From NCBI GenBank assembly GCA_949373095.1, contig CASIBY010000001.1, positions 68,882 to 132,881 of the forward strand: a DNA stretch of 64,000 nucleotides. Direction: 5' to 3'. This DNA comes from Candidatus Poseidoniaceae archaeon. GTDB taxonomy: Archaea; Thermoplasmatota; Poseidoniia; Poseidoniales; Poseidoniaceae. A model generated the notes under the pieces. That model was not told the origin of the DNA and searched no databases. It saw only the letters and a program-made list of their open reading frames with translations. Positions 18,794 through 28,294 of the stretch are shown here, one piece after another. The number at the start of each line of letters is the position of its first letter. Within the stretch, counting starts at the first letter, position 1. Both the position numbers and the translations under genes were made by a program.

Positions 18794-19618
18794 TCAAACC
18801 GCTTTATTCAAGACATCTGTTTGCATCTCAAACAGTGTCTTCATTCCACCGTCAGCCTGGGCTAACAGAGCGCTCAGTTCCTCAGCTGAGAAGGTAGATT
18901 CTTCTCCAGTGCCTTGAATTTCGACGTATTTGCCATCGCTCGTCTTGATTACGTTCATGTCAACATCTGCATTTGAGTCTAAGATATAATCGAGGTCAAG
19001 GTACACATCACCATCAATTAATCCCACTGAAACAGCGGCGAGGTCATGCGGTATGACATCCATCTCGTGATTTTTCTGTTCAATGGCAGACAGTGAAGGT
19101 GCAGTCCACCCCTCTTTGCGTTGGTCAAAGGTTGGGCGGAGGTCAGACGGCAGGCAATCCCCACTCGCTATCAGCCGGCGTACAGCCAAACGAAGAGCAA
19201 TGTTCGCTGCGGTGATGGATGCGCACCGAGTACCACCGTCTGCATTTAGGACATCACAATCGATGTTCAATGCAACGGGGCCTAGTGCTTCTAGATCGAC
19301 TGCGGCCCGAAGTGAACGAGCAATAAGGCGTTCAATTTCCTGCGTCCGACCTTTTGCTCCGTTTCGCTCTCTGCGAAATCTGGAATCTGTTGAGCCGGGT
19401 AGAAGTGAGTATTCTGCATGAACCCAGCCTTTTGTTGCATCTCTAGGAAACCAACGTGGGAGTTTAGATTCTTTGGTACAGCAGACTAAGATAACGGTGT
19501 CGCCTTGACGGTAAAGGACTGATGCAAGGGCATTAGGAGTAAAATCCAGTTGTACTTCGACGTTTCGCATTTCATCCGCTTTTCTTGAGAGTTCCAAGTT
19601 GGTCTTGAATTTGGCCAT
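18794..19618 (-). CDS. rph: ribonuclease PH (bacterial type)
   Basis: GWVHAEYSLLPGST, GRTQEIERLIARSLRAAVDLEALG and DCDVLNADGGTRCASITAA are close to the E. coli Rph blocks ([39 protein letters not shown]). Confidence 0.85.
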   Translation of the reverse strand: MAKFKTNLELSRKADEMRNVEVQLDFTPNALASVLYRQGDTVILVCCTKESKLPRWFPRDATKGWVHAEYSLLPGSTDSRFRRERNGAKGRTQEIERLIARSLRAAVDLEALGPVALNIDCDVLNADGGTRCASITAANIALRLAVRRLIASGDCLPSDLRPTFDQRKEGWTAPSLSAIEQKNHEMDVIPHDLAAVSVGLIDGDVYLDLDYILDSNADVDMNVIKTSDGKYVEIQGTGEESTFSAEELSALLAQADGGMKTLFEMQTDVLNKAV

Positions 19619-19709
19619 GCATCTCCCAGCGGGTTCGCTTCATCAAGCCTTCTCACCTTCCAACTTGCATGACGCGCACCTTCAAAGCGTTTCAGTGGCT
19701 GGAAGAATC

Positions 19710-20906
19710 ATGTCCCAGCCACAGGCAGTTATTTGCGGCGTTGCTCGCACCCCTATAGGTAAATTTCTTGGCACTCTATCGACGTTCACCGCTGTTGAAC
19801 TCGGTGCATTGTCCGTGAAAGAGTTGCTGAATCGGGTCAACATTGACCCTCAGTCCGGTGTTATTGAGGAGGTTCTTTTCGGTCAAGTTCTCCAGGCAGG
19901 AGCGGGACAAAACCCTGCGCGTCAAGTTGCTTTGGGTGCTGGACTACCTGTTTCGACTCCCTGTACAACCATTAACAAGGTCTGTGGTTCTTCTCTCAAA
20001 GCAGCCATGATGGCTGCAAACAGTATTCGTGCAGGCGAATACAGAGCCATCGTTGCAGGCGGCATGGAGAGTATGAGCAACGCCCCACAAATGCTCATGG
20101 GTCAACGAAAAGGTGCGAAGATGGGTTCATCCACACTCATTGACTCAATGATTCATGATGGTCTCTGGGATGTTTACAATGATGTTCACATGGGCCTCAC
20201 CGGAGAAACTGTTGCTAAAGAATGCAATATCAGTCGTGACGATGCCGATCATTACGCATTACGCAGTCAACAACGGGCTGCCAGTGCTTGGGAACAAGGT
20301 TGGTTTGACTGGGAAACTTTCTCCATAGAGGTTCCGCAACGAAGAGCAGACCCCATCACTTTCACTTCAGACGAAGGAGTTCGGGGCCAAACGACCATTG
20401 AATCTCTCGGGAAATTGCGTCCGGCATTTGACCGTGAAGGGATGGTAACTGCCGGTAATGCCAGTACACTTAACGACGGAGCAAGTGCGATTTTGGTTGC
20501 AGAAGAATCCTTTGCTCGGGAACAAGGGTGGGAAATTATTGCTTACATCCGTGACTATTGCACATCTGGAGTTGAACCAGCTCGTGTCATGAGCGCCCCC
20601 ATCCCCGCAGTGAAGACGCTACTTGAACGAAATGAACTTGAGGTGTTAGACGTTGATGTCTACGAACATAACGAAGCATTTGCGTCTGCTTCCTGTGCTG
20701 TGGCTCAAGAAGTCGGAATTCCTGACGATCGCTTCAATCTTCACGGTGGAGCAGTTAGTTTGGGTCACCCGCTTGGTGCGAGTGGGACGCGTTGTCTTAT
20801 CACCATGTTAGGGGTCATGCGACGCATTAAAGCGTCTTCAGGAATCGTTACTCTCTGCCTTGGCGGGGGTAATGCAGTTGCTATGTACGTCACACGCGAT
20901 GTTTGA
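19710..20906 (+). CDS. acetyl-CoA C-acetyltransferase (thiolase)
   Basis: ATG at 19710 (MSQPQAVICGVARTPIGKFLG). Thiolase blocks NKVCGSSLKA, NEAFA, GGAVSLGHPLGASG and CLGGGNAVAM. Confidence 0.9.
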   Translation: MSQPQAVICGVARTPIGKFLGTLSTFTAVELGALSVKELLNRVNIDPQSGVIEEVLFGQVLQAGAGQNPARQVALGAGLPVSTPCTTINKVCGSSLKAAMMAANSIRAGEYRAIVAGGMESMSNAPQMLMGQRKGAKMGSSTLIDSMIHDGLWDVYNDVHMGLTGETVAKECNISRDDADHYALRSQQRAASAWEQGWFDWETFSIEVPQRRADPITFTSDEGVRGQTTIESLGKLRPAFDREGMVTAGNASTLNDGASAILVAEESFAREQGWEIIAYIRDYCTSGVEPARVMSAPIPAVKTLLERNELEVLDVDVYEHNEAFASASCAVAQEVGIPDDRFNLHGGAVSLGHPLGASGTRCLITMLGVMRRIKASSGIVTLCLGGGNAVAMYVTRDV

Positions 20907-20985
20907 ATCCAAGGCCCGATTTTTTACTGCTTTGAACGGTTCATGCTAAATAGGGAGCGGCGGGGGCTTCACATTGGGTGTACCA

Positions 20986-22853
20986 ATGGGTTCCTTTCAA
21001 GACCTCGGCATAAGCGATGCACTTGCGGAAGTATTGTCTTCCCAAGGTATTAATGAGCCGTTCGAAGTTCAAGTAGAATCTATACCGCCTGCTATGGAAG
21101 GCAAAGATGTTTCATGCCGAGCCCCGACAGGGTCCGGTAAAACATTGGCTTTTGGCCTCCCAATGCTGGAAAAAGTCTCTTTCGCCGAACCAAACCGTCC
21201 TCGCGCTCTCATTCTCACTCCAACCCGAGAGTTGGCTGAACAGATTTATGGTGTTCTAAAGCCACTTGCGCGGGTTATCGACAGAACTGTTGGGACCATC
21301 TATGGTGGAGTTTCTTACAAGAATCAATACCGAGCCCTTGAGCGTGGATTGGACATTGTCGTAGCTTGCCCAGGTCGTCTTCTTGATCTAATGGAACGAG
21401 GTGCAGTCGTCCTCAAGGATGTTGAAGTTGTTATCATTGACGAAGCCGACCGAATGGCCGACATGGGATTCATGGAGCCTGTTTGCGACATTCTTGACCG
21501 ATGTCTTCCCGACCGGCAAACTGTACTCTTTAGTGCAACACTTGACGACGAAGTTGGGGATTTGATCAAGCGCTATCAACGGGAACCTGTTCGTCTTGAG
21601 GTTGGTGCTGAAGAAGTATCAATTACAGATATGGAGCATCATTTCTGGCTTATGCCGCATGCCAAGAAATCTCCGATTTCTGCTGAATTAATTCGTAATT
21701 GTGGACGAACAATAATCTTCTGCCGCACCCGACTCGGTGTGGAGCGTGTGAATGATGAGTTGCTTGATGACGGCCTCGGTGTTCAAGGACTGCACGGTGG
21801 CCTGTCACAACGACAACGTGACCGGGCTATGCAGGCTTTCAAGCATGGAGAGTGCATGGCTCTTGTCGCTACAGACGTTGCCGCAAGAGGCTTGGATGTT
21901 GAAGGAGTCAACTGTGTTATTCATTATGACCCTCCAGAAAATGGTAAGGCGTACAAGCATCGTAGTGGACGAACTGCTCGCGGTGGAGCAAGTGGTGTCG
22001 TAGTTTCTCTTGTTCAGCGCCCTCAGAAGAAAATGTACCATCGTCTTCAGAGAAATGTTGGTGTTAACGTAGACTTTACTCCACCAGACTTTGGCTCTCT
22101 TCCTACTTTTGAAGTGGAATATATTCCTCCAGAGCCACGATCTCATGGACGTCGTAATGGTGGTCGCCGAGAAGGTGGCCGCCAAGAAAGAGGCGGCGGA
22201 GGCTATGGTCGCCGAGATGGTGGTCGCCGAGAGGTGGTCGCCGAGAAGGTGGTCGCCGAGAAGGTGGCGGCGGAGGCTATGGTCGCCGAGATGGTGGTCG
22301 TCGTGAAGGTGGTGGAGGCCATGGACGTCGAGACGGTGGTCGTCGAGATGGCGGTGGCGGAAATTATGGACGCCGAGATGGTGGAAGACCCGATTTCAAT
22401 CGCAACGAACGTAACTCACGTGATGGCGGATATCGTCGAGGCGATGACCGCGGAAATGATGGTGGTTCACAAAATGGTCGCCGAGATAACCGCAATGAGG
22501 GCCAAGGTGGCGAAAGTCGCAGCGACAATCAGCGTGGAAATGATCGCAGTGACAACCGTGGAGGCCGAGATGGTGGTGGCGGTGGCTACAACCAGCGAGG
22601 TAACGACCGAGGCGAGAATCGTGGTGGTCGAGATGGTGGTCGTCGGGGTGAGCCTCGTGAAGACAGTGGATATCACGGTCGTTCTGCTCCAAGCCGAGAA
22701 AACAATTCTCGTAGTGATGACACTGGGGAGATGAAAGAGCACACGGGCAAGAAAGCACCTCCGCCCCGTCCCCGATCAGGACCACGCCCTTCAAGAGCAA
22801 ACTTTTCCCGACGTAGAGGCTCTCCTCCTCGTTCATTTAAGCGAAAGAAGTGA
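20986..22853 (+). CDS. DEAD-box RNA helicase with long RGG/RRDGG-rich C-terminal tail; reading frame broken by a 1-nt deletion at ~22232
   Basis: Motifs APTGSGKT, PTRELA, DEAD, SAT and HRSGRTARGG. After GGRRE the annotated frame turns into VVAEKVVAEK... and runs to 22734. The -1-shifted frame (no ATG/GTG/TTG start until its last ~37 codons, so absent from the ORF track) continues GGRREGGRREGGGGGYGRRDGGRREGGGGHGRRDGGRRDGGGGNYGRRDGG... and ends ..RRGSPPRSFKRKK* at TGA 22851-22853. Confidence 0.8.
22219..22262 (+). repeat. three tandem copies of the 15-nt unit GGTGGTCGCCGAGAA (GGRRE); the first copy is 14 nt
   Basis: Copy 1 at 22219-22232 reads ggtggtcgccgaga (one A missing). Copies 2 and 3 at 22233-22247 and 22248-22262 are perfect. 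They sit within a wider degenerate G/R repeat region, ~22147-22384. Confidence 0.85.
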
Positions 22854-22954
22854 TGTTTAATGCTGGCACATCCGTGCTTTCACAAACATGATTCCTTTGA
22901 AATCTCTAAGTTCATACTCTGTTAGGCTTAGGAAAATCAAAGCTCCTTCTTAAT

Positions 22955-23944
22955 TCATGATTGTTTCTTTCTCATTGCAAAGAATATCGACAACATGAGG
23001 ACTACCGCCACCCCAGTCCCTCCATAAATCAACATTTGTTGATCAGTAGAACTTGACAATTCATTAGCTTCAGTTAGTTCTTCTAACGTTTGGTTTTGAA
23101 AGAAAATAACCTTCTGAGTCAAACTCATCGACATGCAATCATTGGTATATTCGCAGCTGAATTGACTCTTGACAATCACTTCAACATCTACCGCCAGGGT
23201 GTGGACTCCATCTGCGTTTAACGGCCAATCGGAGCCATCTGCTGGCGTGTTTACTGTGATTCTAAAGAGTTCAGGGGGCCCATTAGGTTCGACTTCTATC
23301 CCAGTGAACGGGAGCGAAAATGCGCTCACTCCATCGACAACATCACCATTTGTGGAAAGGATGAATTGATCTAAGCCATTGCCTTGATTGTAGATCTTAT
23401 ATTGTAAACTTTCAATTGTACCTGTCTCTATCATCGCAACAGGATTTGTCATTTCCAGGCTGAGTCCAGCATGCTGCAAGATGTTTGCCATCATGTTCAC
23501 AGAACTCTCAGCAAGATTGGGAGGCGGCAAACCACTTGTTTCTTGAACAGATGCCGTGATGGTTAGTGACCTTGACTGTACGGCCATTTGACTGTCGGCC
23601 CTTATGGCGACTTGGAAGTCCGATTCATCACCAGATGCAAGATAGATTGATCCAGGAGCAGCGGTTGCTAGTCCATCTGCGGTCACTTCGATTGCGATTT
23701 TCTCAGTGTGAAGTGAAGGATTGCTAACCGTGCAGTCTGCATATCCAGTCAATGTTGCTCCAGGATGGACTGCGATTTCCACGCTACCGCTTGGGTAAGG
23801 TGCAGTGCAGCTTAATTCTACTGCGGCCACTACACTCTGTGCGGCCGAATTATTAACTAAAGGAGAGGCAAAACTTGACGTCATCAAAATAAAAACCAGC
23901 CAAATTATGCGCATATAGGTGGCTAAGTTCTGCTTATACTTCAT
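22955..23944 (-). CDS. secreted, C-terminally anchored cell-surface protein (hypothetical)
   Basis: 329 aa. Signal peptide (MRIIWLVFILMTSSFASPL), beta-rich body, C-terminal TM (GVAVVLMLSIFFAM) followed by RKKQS. Confidence 0.7.
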   Translation of the reverse strand: MKYKQNLATYMRIIWLVFILMTSSFASPLVNNSAAQSVVAAVELSCTAPYPSGSVEIAVHPGATLTGYADCTVSNPSLHTEKIAIEVTADGLATAAPGSIYLASGDESDFQVAIRADSQMAVQSRSLTITASVQETSGLPPPNLAESSVNMMANILQHAGLSLEMTNPVAMIETGTIESLQYKIYNQGNGLDQFILSTNGDVVDGVSAFSLPFTGIEVEPNGPPELFRITVNTPADGSDWPLNADGVHTLAVDVEVIVKSQFSCEYTNDCMSMSLTQKVIFFQNQTLEELTEANELSSSTDQQMLIYGGTGVAVVLMLSIFFAMRKKQS

Positions 23945-23963
23945 TTTGATGCCTGCAATGAGG

Positions 23964-24605
23964 CTATACTTTCACTAAATGCAATCGAACAACTCGAGCT
24001 TCTCCACGATGTAGATCGGATTCATTGAGTACTGTGGTTTCAACCGATGCATGAATAATAGACATTCTAGGTGCGTATGGGCCCGTTAATTCGGCAAGAA
24101 CGGTATCAAGATCAAACAATAAATCTAACGATTTCGGCCCACCGCTGGTTAAGGAAAATTGACTTTGGTGATAGCCTTCCATGACGAAGTGTCCGCCTGG
24201 CTTCAAAGCGTGAAGCATACGAGGCATGTGGCGCTTACGAATCGGAGTCGGTGTGTGGAACCAAGAGCATGCAATGAGGTCATAATCTTCGGTTTCAAAT
24301 GAGCGAAGCACCAAATCATCAACATGATACTCTACGGTTACATTGTAGTTCTCAGCAAGTTGCATGCACTTCTTTTTCCCTTCTTTAGAGAGGTCAAAGA
24401 CTTCAGCATTCCATCCCTTGCCGGCAGCCCAAACGGCATTTCGACCTTCGCCATCGGCTGGAAATAACGCCCTAGAATGTACATCAGGGTTCATCAATTC
24501 AATACGACTCTTGAGCCAAACATTGGGTTCTTTGCCGTAGGCAAACGCCTCCAACCCAAATCTTCTGTCCCACATTTCGGGATTTGAGCGCGTATTCTCA
24601 TCCAT
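23964..24605 (-). CDS. class I SAM-dependent methyltransferase (TehB-like)
   Basis: Motif I-like ADGEGRNAVWAAGKGWNAEVFDLS and motif post-II LIACSWF. The ATG at 24605 overlaps the TGA of the upstream NFACT gene (TGATG) and is preceded by AAGGAGGAAGAG. Confidence 0.75.
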   Translation of the reverse strand: MDENTRSNPEMWDRRFGLEAFAYGKEPNVWLKSRIELMNPDVHSRALFPADGEGRNAVWAAGKGWNAEVFDLSKEGKKKCMQLAENYNVTVEYHVDDLVLRSFETEDYDLIACSWFHTPTPIRKRHMPRMLHALKPGGHFVMEGYHQSQFSLTSGGPKSLDLLFDLDTVLAELTGPYAPRMSIIHASVETTVLNESDLHRGEARVVRLHLVKV

Positions 24606-26770
24606 CACTCTTCCTCCTTGAGTGGGAGTGGGTGAGACAATATTCCGTATTCCTCAACAACTTCGCAGGCGCCGGGTAAAACTCCGAGCAAGTCATCTGT
24701 AGATAGCCCAGTAATCTTGTATATTTGGTTCGCTATTCGTTCTTTTTTGGTAAGGCCTGGTCTTAAAATTGCGTAGCGTGGACACATCGTACGAATTTCA
24801 TCCGGGGCGGCGGTCATCATGAGAGGTACTCCATTGATAGCAACGATTCCAATTCCAATTTCAACATTCAAATCCTTGTACCAAGTTCGTTGACCACGGA
24901 CGATAAATGCACCCTTTCCAACGTATTCGCCCGTCTGTGCTGTCTTCGAAACTTGTGCGGGCTTGACGCTATAGACCGTACCATGAGAGCCACCACTGTT
25001 CCACGCCCTGCTCCAAGAAAGGGCGAGCATAGCAGCTTGATTCAACTTATCTTCATTGATGCGCTCATCTCCAAGTTTGTCAACCAGCCGATAGGCCGGT
25101 ATGTCCGCAGGAAGATGGGTTGGTCTTCGTTCTTCCAGAGCGAATCCTTGAGTTGCTCTTAGGCTACATGAAGGCGCACCATGTAGGTCTGCGTGAAGGT
25201 ACATATCAGAGCCAGATAGGTGCTTTTTGACTACGGAATCGTTTCCTTTTGCATCTTTGCCTCCAACTAAGAGATGGCCTCCACTCACTGTACCCCATCG
25301 GTGTTGCTCAAACCACATGCGTTTGCTACGTTTCAACCGGTTGAGTTTACCACTTGCTTTTTGCTTCTCTTCTTTCTTTTTCGCCCGCTTCAACTGGCGC
25401 TCAGTTTCTTCTAGGGCATCTACAGCTCCACTGGTCTTGTGCTTCTGTTTTCTTGCGGAATTGAAGTATCGCTGTGCATTCTGGTATACAGTGGCATCGA
25501 GTTCAAGCAAAACCTGTGGACCCTTTGGTTCGTTATCTTCATCTGGTAAAATCACATTGATTTCTCTTTTAGAGGGGTTGAGGGAAGTGATCCATGGGAT
25601 TGATTTTGATGCCTTTTTGACAGCATCCCATCCGTTGGCTTCTACCGCTTCCTTGGTTTGATTGAGAAGACTTTCTACGTGGGTCCAGTGTTCTTGAATG
25701 AGATGACCTAGGCGTTGTTGCTTTTCGATTTTCACTCCAAAGCCGTCTAGAGCCTTCTCCTGCTGAGATTTTCTTCTGCCGAGACGGTCGGCGTCTGTCG
25801 ATTGTCCGCGGCCAGGGCCCGCCTGCTCAAAGCGTTCTTCTTCTCTTCGTTGCAGTGCATGAGCGTCATGGCTTCCTTTCCATGAATCCACTGCAAGGCG
25901 AAGTGAGGGGAAACTTACAATGGGCTTTTCTTTGTGAGAGGGCAAGAGAATAGGCGTAGCTTCCTTCGTCCGCTTCTCGAGCCATTGATGTTGTTCGACC
26001 AAAGGCAAAGACTCGTACGTGGATAGCCAGTTTTCTCCGTCATCATCGCTAAGTTGAACGATGAGGTGGCCATTCTTCGTTGAATCCAAATCTTCCAATA
26101 ATGATTTGAGTGCGCCGTATATGGCTTCAGCATCGGCTTCTAAAGGGTCCATATTCGGTTCATGTTGAGCAAGTTCACAAACGGCATTTGCATGGGTTCC
26201 TCCGAGGTTCGCTTTTCCTCCAAGTGTGGAAACCAGGTCGCGGTCCGATTCTTCAAGAAGAGATTTAATTGCATCCAAGTCCAGAGAGTACGGGTCTAAT
26301 GCTGCAGGGGGTGGAACATATTCAACTCCCTTCTTGAGCGTCCTTCCGGCATAGGATGCGTGGGTTAAGGGTTGAACGATGATTCCATTTTCGTCTGCTA
26401 GAATTATATTTCCATCCCTGAAAACTTCTACGTAAAGAGTTCGTTCTCCTCCTTTGGTGTCAAAATGAAAGGACAGGACCCGGTCAAAACCAACTTGATT
26501 TACAGCCGTGAGGCGAGCATTCCGAAGATGCTTTCGTAGAACCATGGCAAACGGTGGAGGCGTCATCGGCATCGGGCGATCCCGTTGCGATGTGTATATT
26601 CGTTCTCCACGTACCAATACCAAGTCGGATTGGTCAGCACCTTTCGGGTTGAGGCGAAGCACAACTTGTTCGTAGTGGGGCATGTATGCTTTTTTGACAT
26701 AGGCGCCAGCCAAGTCGTTCAATTCACGAGCAATGGCTCGTAGGTCAAAACCTGACATTGCTTTCTTCAT
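24605..26770 (-). CDS. NFACT-family protein (RqcH/Rqc2/NEMF homologue, FbpA-like N-terminus plus DUF814)
   Basis: 721 aa. N-terminal MSGFDLRAIARELNDL... is typical of NFACT-N. Central coiled coil. The C-terminal block HADLHGAPS..VY.V.P.QVSK is the NFACT-R/DUF814 signature. Confidence 0.85.
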   Translation of the reverse strand: MKKAMSGFDLRAIARELNDLAGAYVKKAYMPHYEQVVLRLNPKGADQSDLVLVRGERIYTSQRDRPMPMTPPPFAMVLRKHLRNARLTAVNQVGFDRVLSFHFDTKGGERTLYVEVFRDGNIILADENGIIVQPLTHASYAGRTLKKGVEYVPPPAALDPYSLDLDAIKSLLEESDRDLVSTLGGKANLGGTHANAVCELAQHEPNMDPLEADAEAIYGALKSLLEDLDSTKNGHLIVQLSDDDGENWLSTYESLPLVEQHQWLEKRTKEATPILLPSHKEKPIVSFPSLRLAVDSWKGSHDAHALQRREEERFEQAGPGRGQSTDADRLGRRKSQQEKALDGFGVKIEKQQRLGHLIQEHWTHVESLLNQTKEAVEANGWDAVKKASKSIPWITSLNPSKREINVILPDEDNEPKGPQVLLELDATVYQNAQRYFNSARKQKHKTSGAVDALEETERQLKRAKKKEEKQKASGKLNRLKRSKRMWFEQHRWGTVSGGHLLVGGKDAKGNDSVVKKHLSGSDMYLHADLHGAPSCSLRATQGFALEERRPTHLPADIPAYRLVDKLGDERINEDKLNQAAMLALSWSRAWNSGGSHGTVYSVKPAQVSKTAQTGEYVGKGAFIVRGQRTWYKDLNVEIGIGIVAINGVPLMMTAAPDEIRTMCPRYAILRPGLTKKERIANQIYKITGLSTDDLLGVLPGACEVVEEYGILSHPLPLKEEE
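24608..24619 (-). promoter_or_regulatory. Shine-Dalgarno cassette AAGGAGGAAGAG at a coupled junction
   Basis: The reverse complement of ctcttcctcctt encodes ..KEEE* of the NFACT gene. It places GGAGG ~8 nt upstream of the methyltransferase ATG. Confidence 0.55.
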
Positions 26771-26820
26771 TTTGCTACCCCCTTGTTATCCTTGTGAAGT
26801 TGAGGTTTATTGAAGGTTCT

Positions 26821-27242
26821 TCATGCACCGTAAATGACAGAGTATCCAGCATCCTTCCAGCCCATTATTCCACTTTCGAGGTCTCTCACGTCGGTATAGC
26901 CGAGGTCGAGGAGTGTTTCAGCGCTGCTTGTGAACGATTTCCGCTGCGGCAATACAGGAGAATGGTTGTGGATTTGTCATCCGGCAACTCACTGTTTCGT
27001 TCAGATAATTCATCGTGAGGGATAAGGGTCGCATTTTCAAGATGACCATCCGCTTCCCATTCATCTTGAGTGCGAGTATCAAGAAGGAAGGCATCTGCTT
27101 CCTCATCAATTGCAGTTTCGAATTCATCAGCATCAAGCCGAGTCCAATTTTCGGATTCCGATGTACATCCCGCAAGGCTTACAAGAGGAAGTACAAGCAG
27201 AATAAGGGCTGTCGTCTTCAATCGACCAATACTATGTTTCAT
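26821..27242 (-). pseudogene. rhodanese-domain lipoprotein, frameshifted (1-nt deletion near 26922-26926)
   Basis: Lipobox LVSLAGC. Active-site loop YCRSGNRS. The annotated frame then reads QAALKHSSTSAIPT*. The alternative frame gives the canonical rhodanese C-terminus AETLLDLGYTDVRDLESGIMGWKDAGYSVIYGA* ending at 26821. The ATG overlaps the stop of the upstream oxidoreductase (ATGA). Confidence 0.7.
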
Positions 27243-28282
27243 TGTATCGTCCCTCCATCATCTGGGGAGAATTGAAGTAGAACTTTTCCAATGTTTTTAG
27301 CGTCATGAATGTACTGATGCGCATCTTGAACCTTTTCAGCCGGGAATATACTGTCTACGGTAGGGATGAGATCGCCATCTTCAATTCCTTTGAGAATACG
27401 GTCAAGCTGAGTTTGCATGACGCGCTCATCGCTCCATGTACCCATGTGTACGCCAAATACGGAACGGTTTCGCGTCATCAGTCGTAGAGGGTCAAATTTG
27501 GGTGTCTTTCTCATCGCAAAAAGGGCCTTGAGAAGAGAACGTTTCGAGCTGGGTGCTGCTGCTGATAGCCCGTATGTGTACAAACGCCCGCCTTCTGCAA
27601 CAACCGAGAGGCTTTGCTTGAGGTGCTCCCCTCCGATGGGGTCGAGAACATGGTCGACTCCCCGCCCGTTGGTTTCTTTTCGAATAATGTCAACAAAATT
27701 TTCGTTATGTCGGTCAATGGCGCGTGCTCCATATTGTTTGATGATATCGTGCTTAGGAGCAGATGAGGTGGCCCAGACCTTCTCAACACCAGCCCATTTA
27801 CAGAGTTGAAGCGCCGCAATGCCAACGCCTCCTGCGCCCCCGTGAATGAGAACGGAATGGTCAGTATTCATGTGTCCAAGATAGTGAAGCATATGATGGG
27901 CAGTAAGGTAAACCACTGGAGTTGCAGCAGCAGATTCAAGTGAAATTGTGTCGGGAATTGTAATGATTCTGGAAGTTTCACACGTCACATGGCTTGCTTG
28001 CCCTCCATTACGCATTGCAGCCACGACGCGTTGTCCAATGGTGAATGAAGTGACTCCAGGGCCTAGGGCATCAACATAGCCACTGACTTCGTAACCCGGT
28101 GTGAACGGGTAAGGTGGGCGTGGATTGTAAAATCCCATCCGCATCAGTAAATCTGCAAAGTTAATCCCCGCAAATACGACTCTGATTCGGACTTCATCCT
28201 TTCCTGGTTCTGGCATGTCCATTGATTGGACGGTGATTGCGGAAACGCCCCCTGCATTGTTGATGACAACTCTTCTTGGCAT
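27239..28282 (-). CDS. zinc-type alcohol dehydrogenase / NADPH:quinone oxidoreductase (MDR superfamily)
   Basis: 347 aa. GYEVSG block, Rossmann motif HGGAGGVGIAALQL and a C-terminal GKVLL block. Confidence 0.85.
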   Translation of the reverse strand: MPRRVVINNAGGVSAITVQSMDMPEPGKDEVRIRVVFAGINFADLLMRMGFYNPRPPYPFTPGYEVSGYVDALGPGVTSFTIGQRVVAAMRNGGQASHVTCETSRIITIPDTISLESAAATPVVYLTAHHMLHYLGHMNTDHSVLIHGGAGGVGIAALQLCKWAGVEKVWATSSAPKHDIIKQYGARAIDRHNENFVDIIRKETNGRGVDHVLDPIGGEHLKQSLSVVAEGGRLYTYGLSAAAPSSKRSLLKALFAMRKTPKFDPLRLMTRNRSVFGVHMGTWSDERVMQTQLDRILKGIEDGDLIPTVDSIFPAEKVQDAHQYIHDAKNIGKVLLQFSPDDGGTIQ

Positions 28283-28294
28283 ATCTTATCCTCC

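Noticed and set aside
22396-22836. His/Cys-rich 146-aa and Thr/Ile-rich 91-aa ORFs antisense to the helicase tail, plus the +2-frame ORF 22091..22306.
   Set aside because: All arise from the G/R codon repeat, which keeps several frames open. They have no independent start context or recognisable fold.
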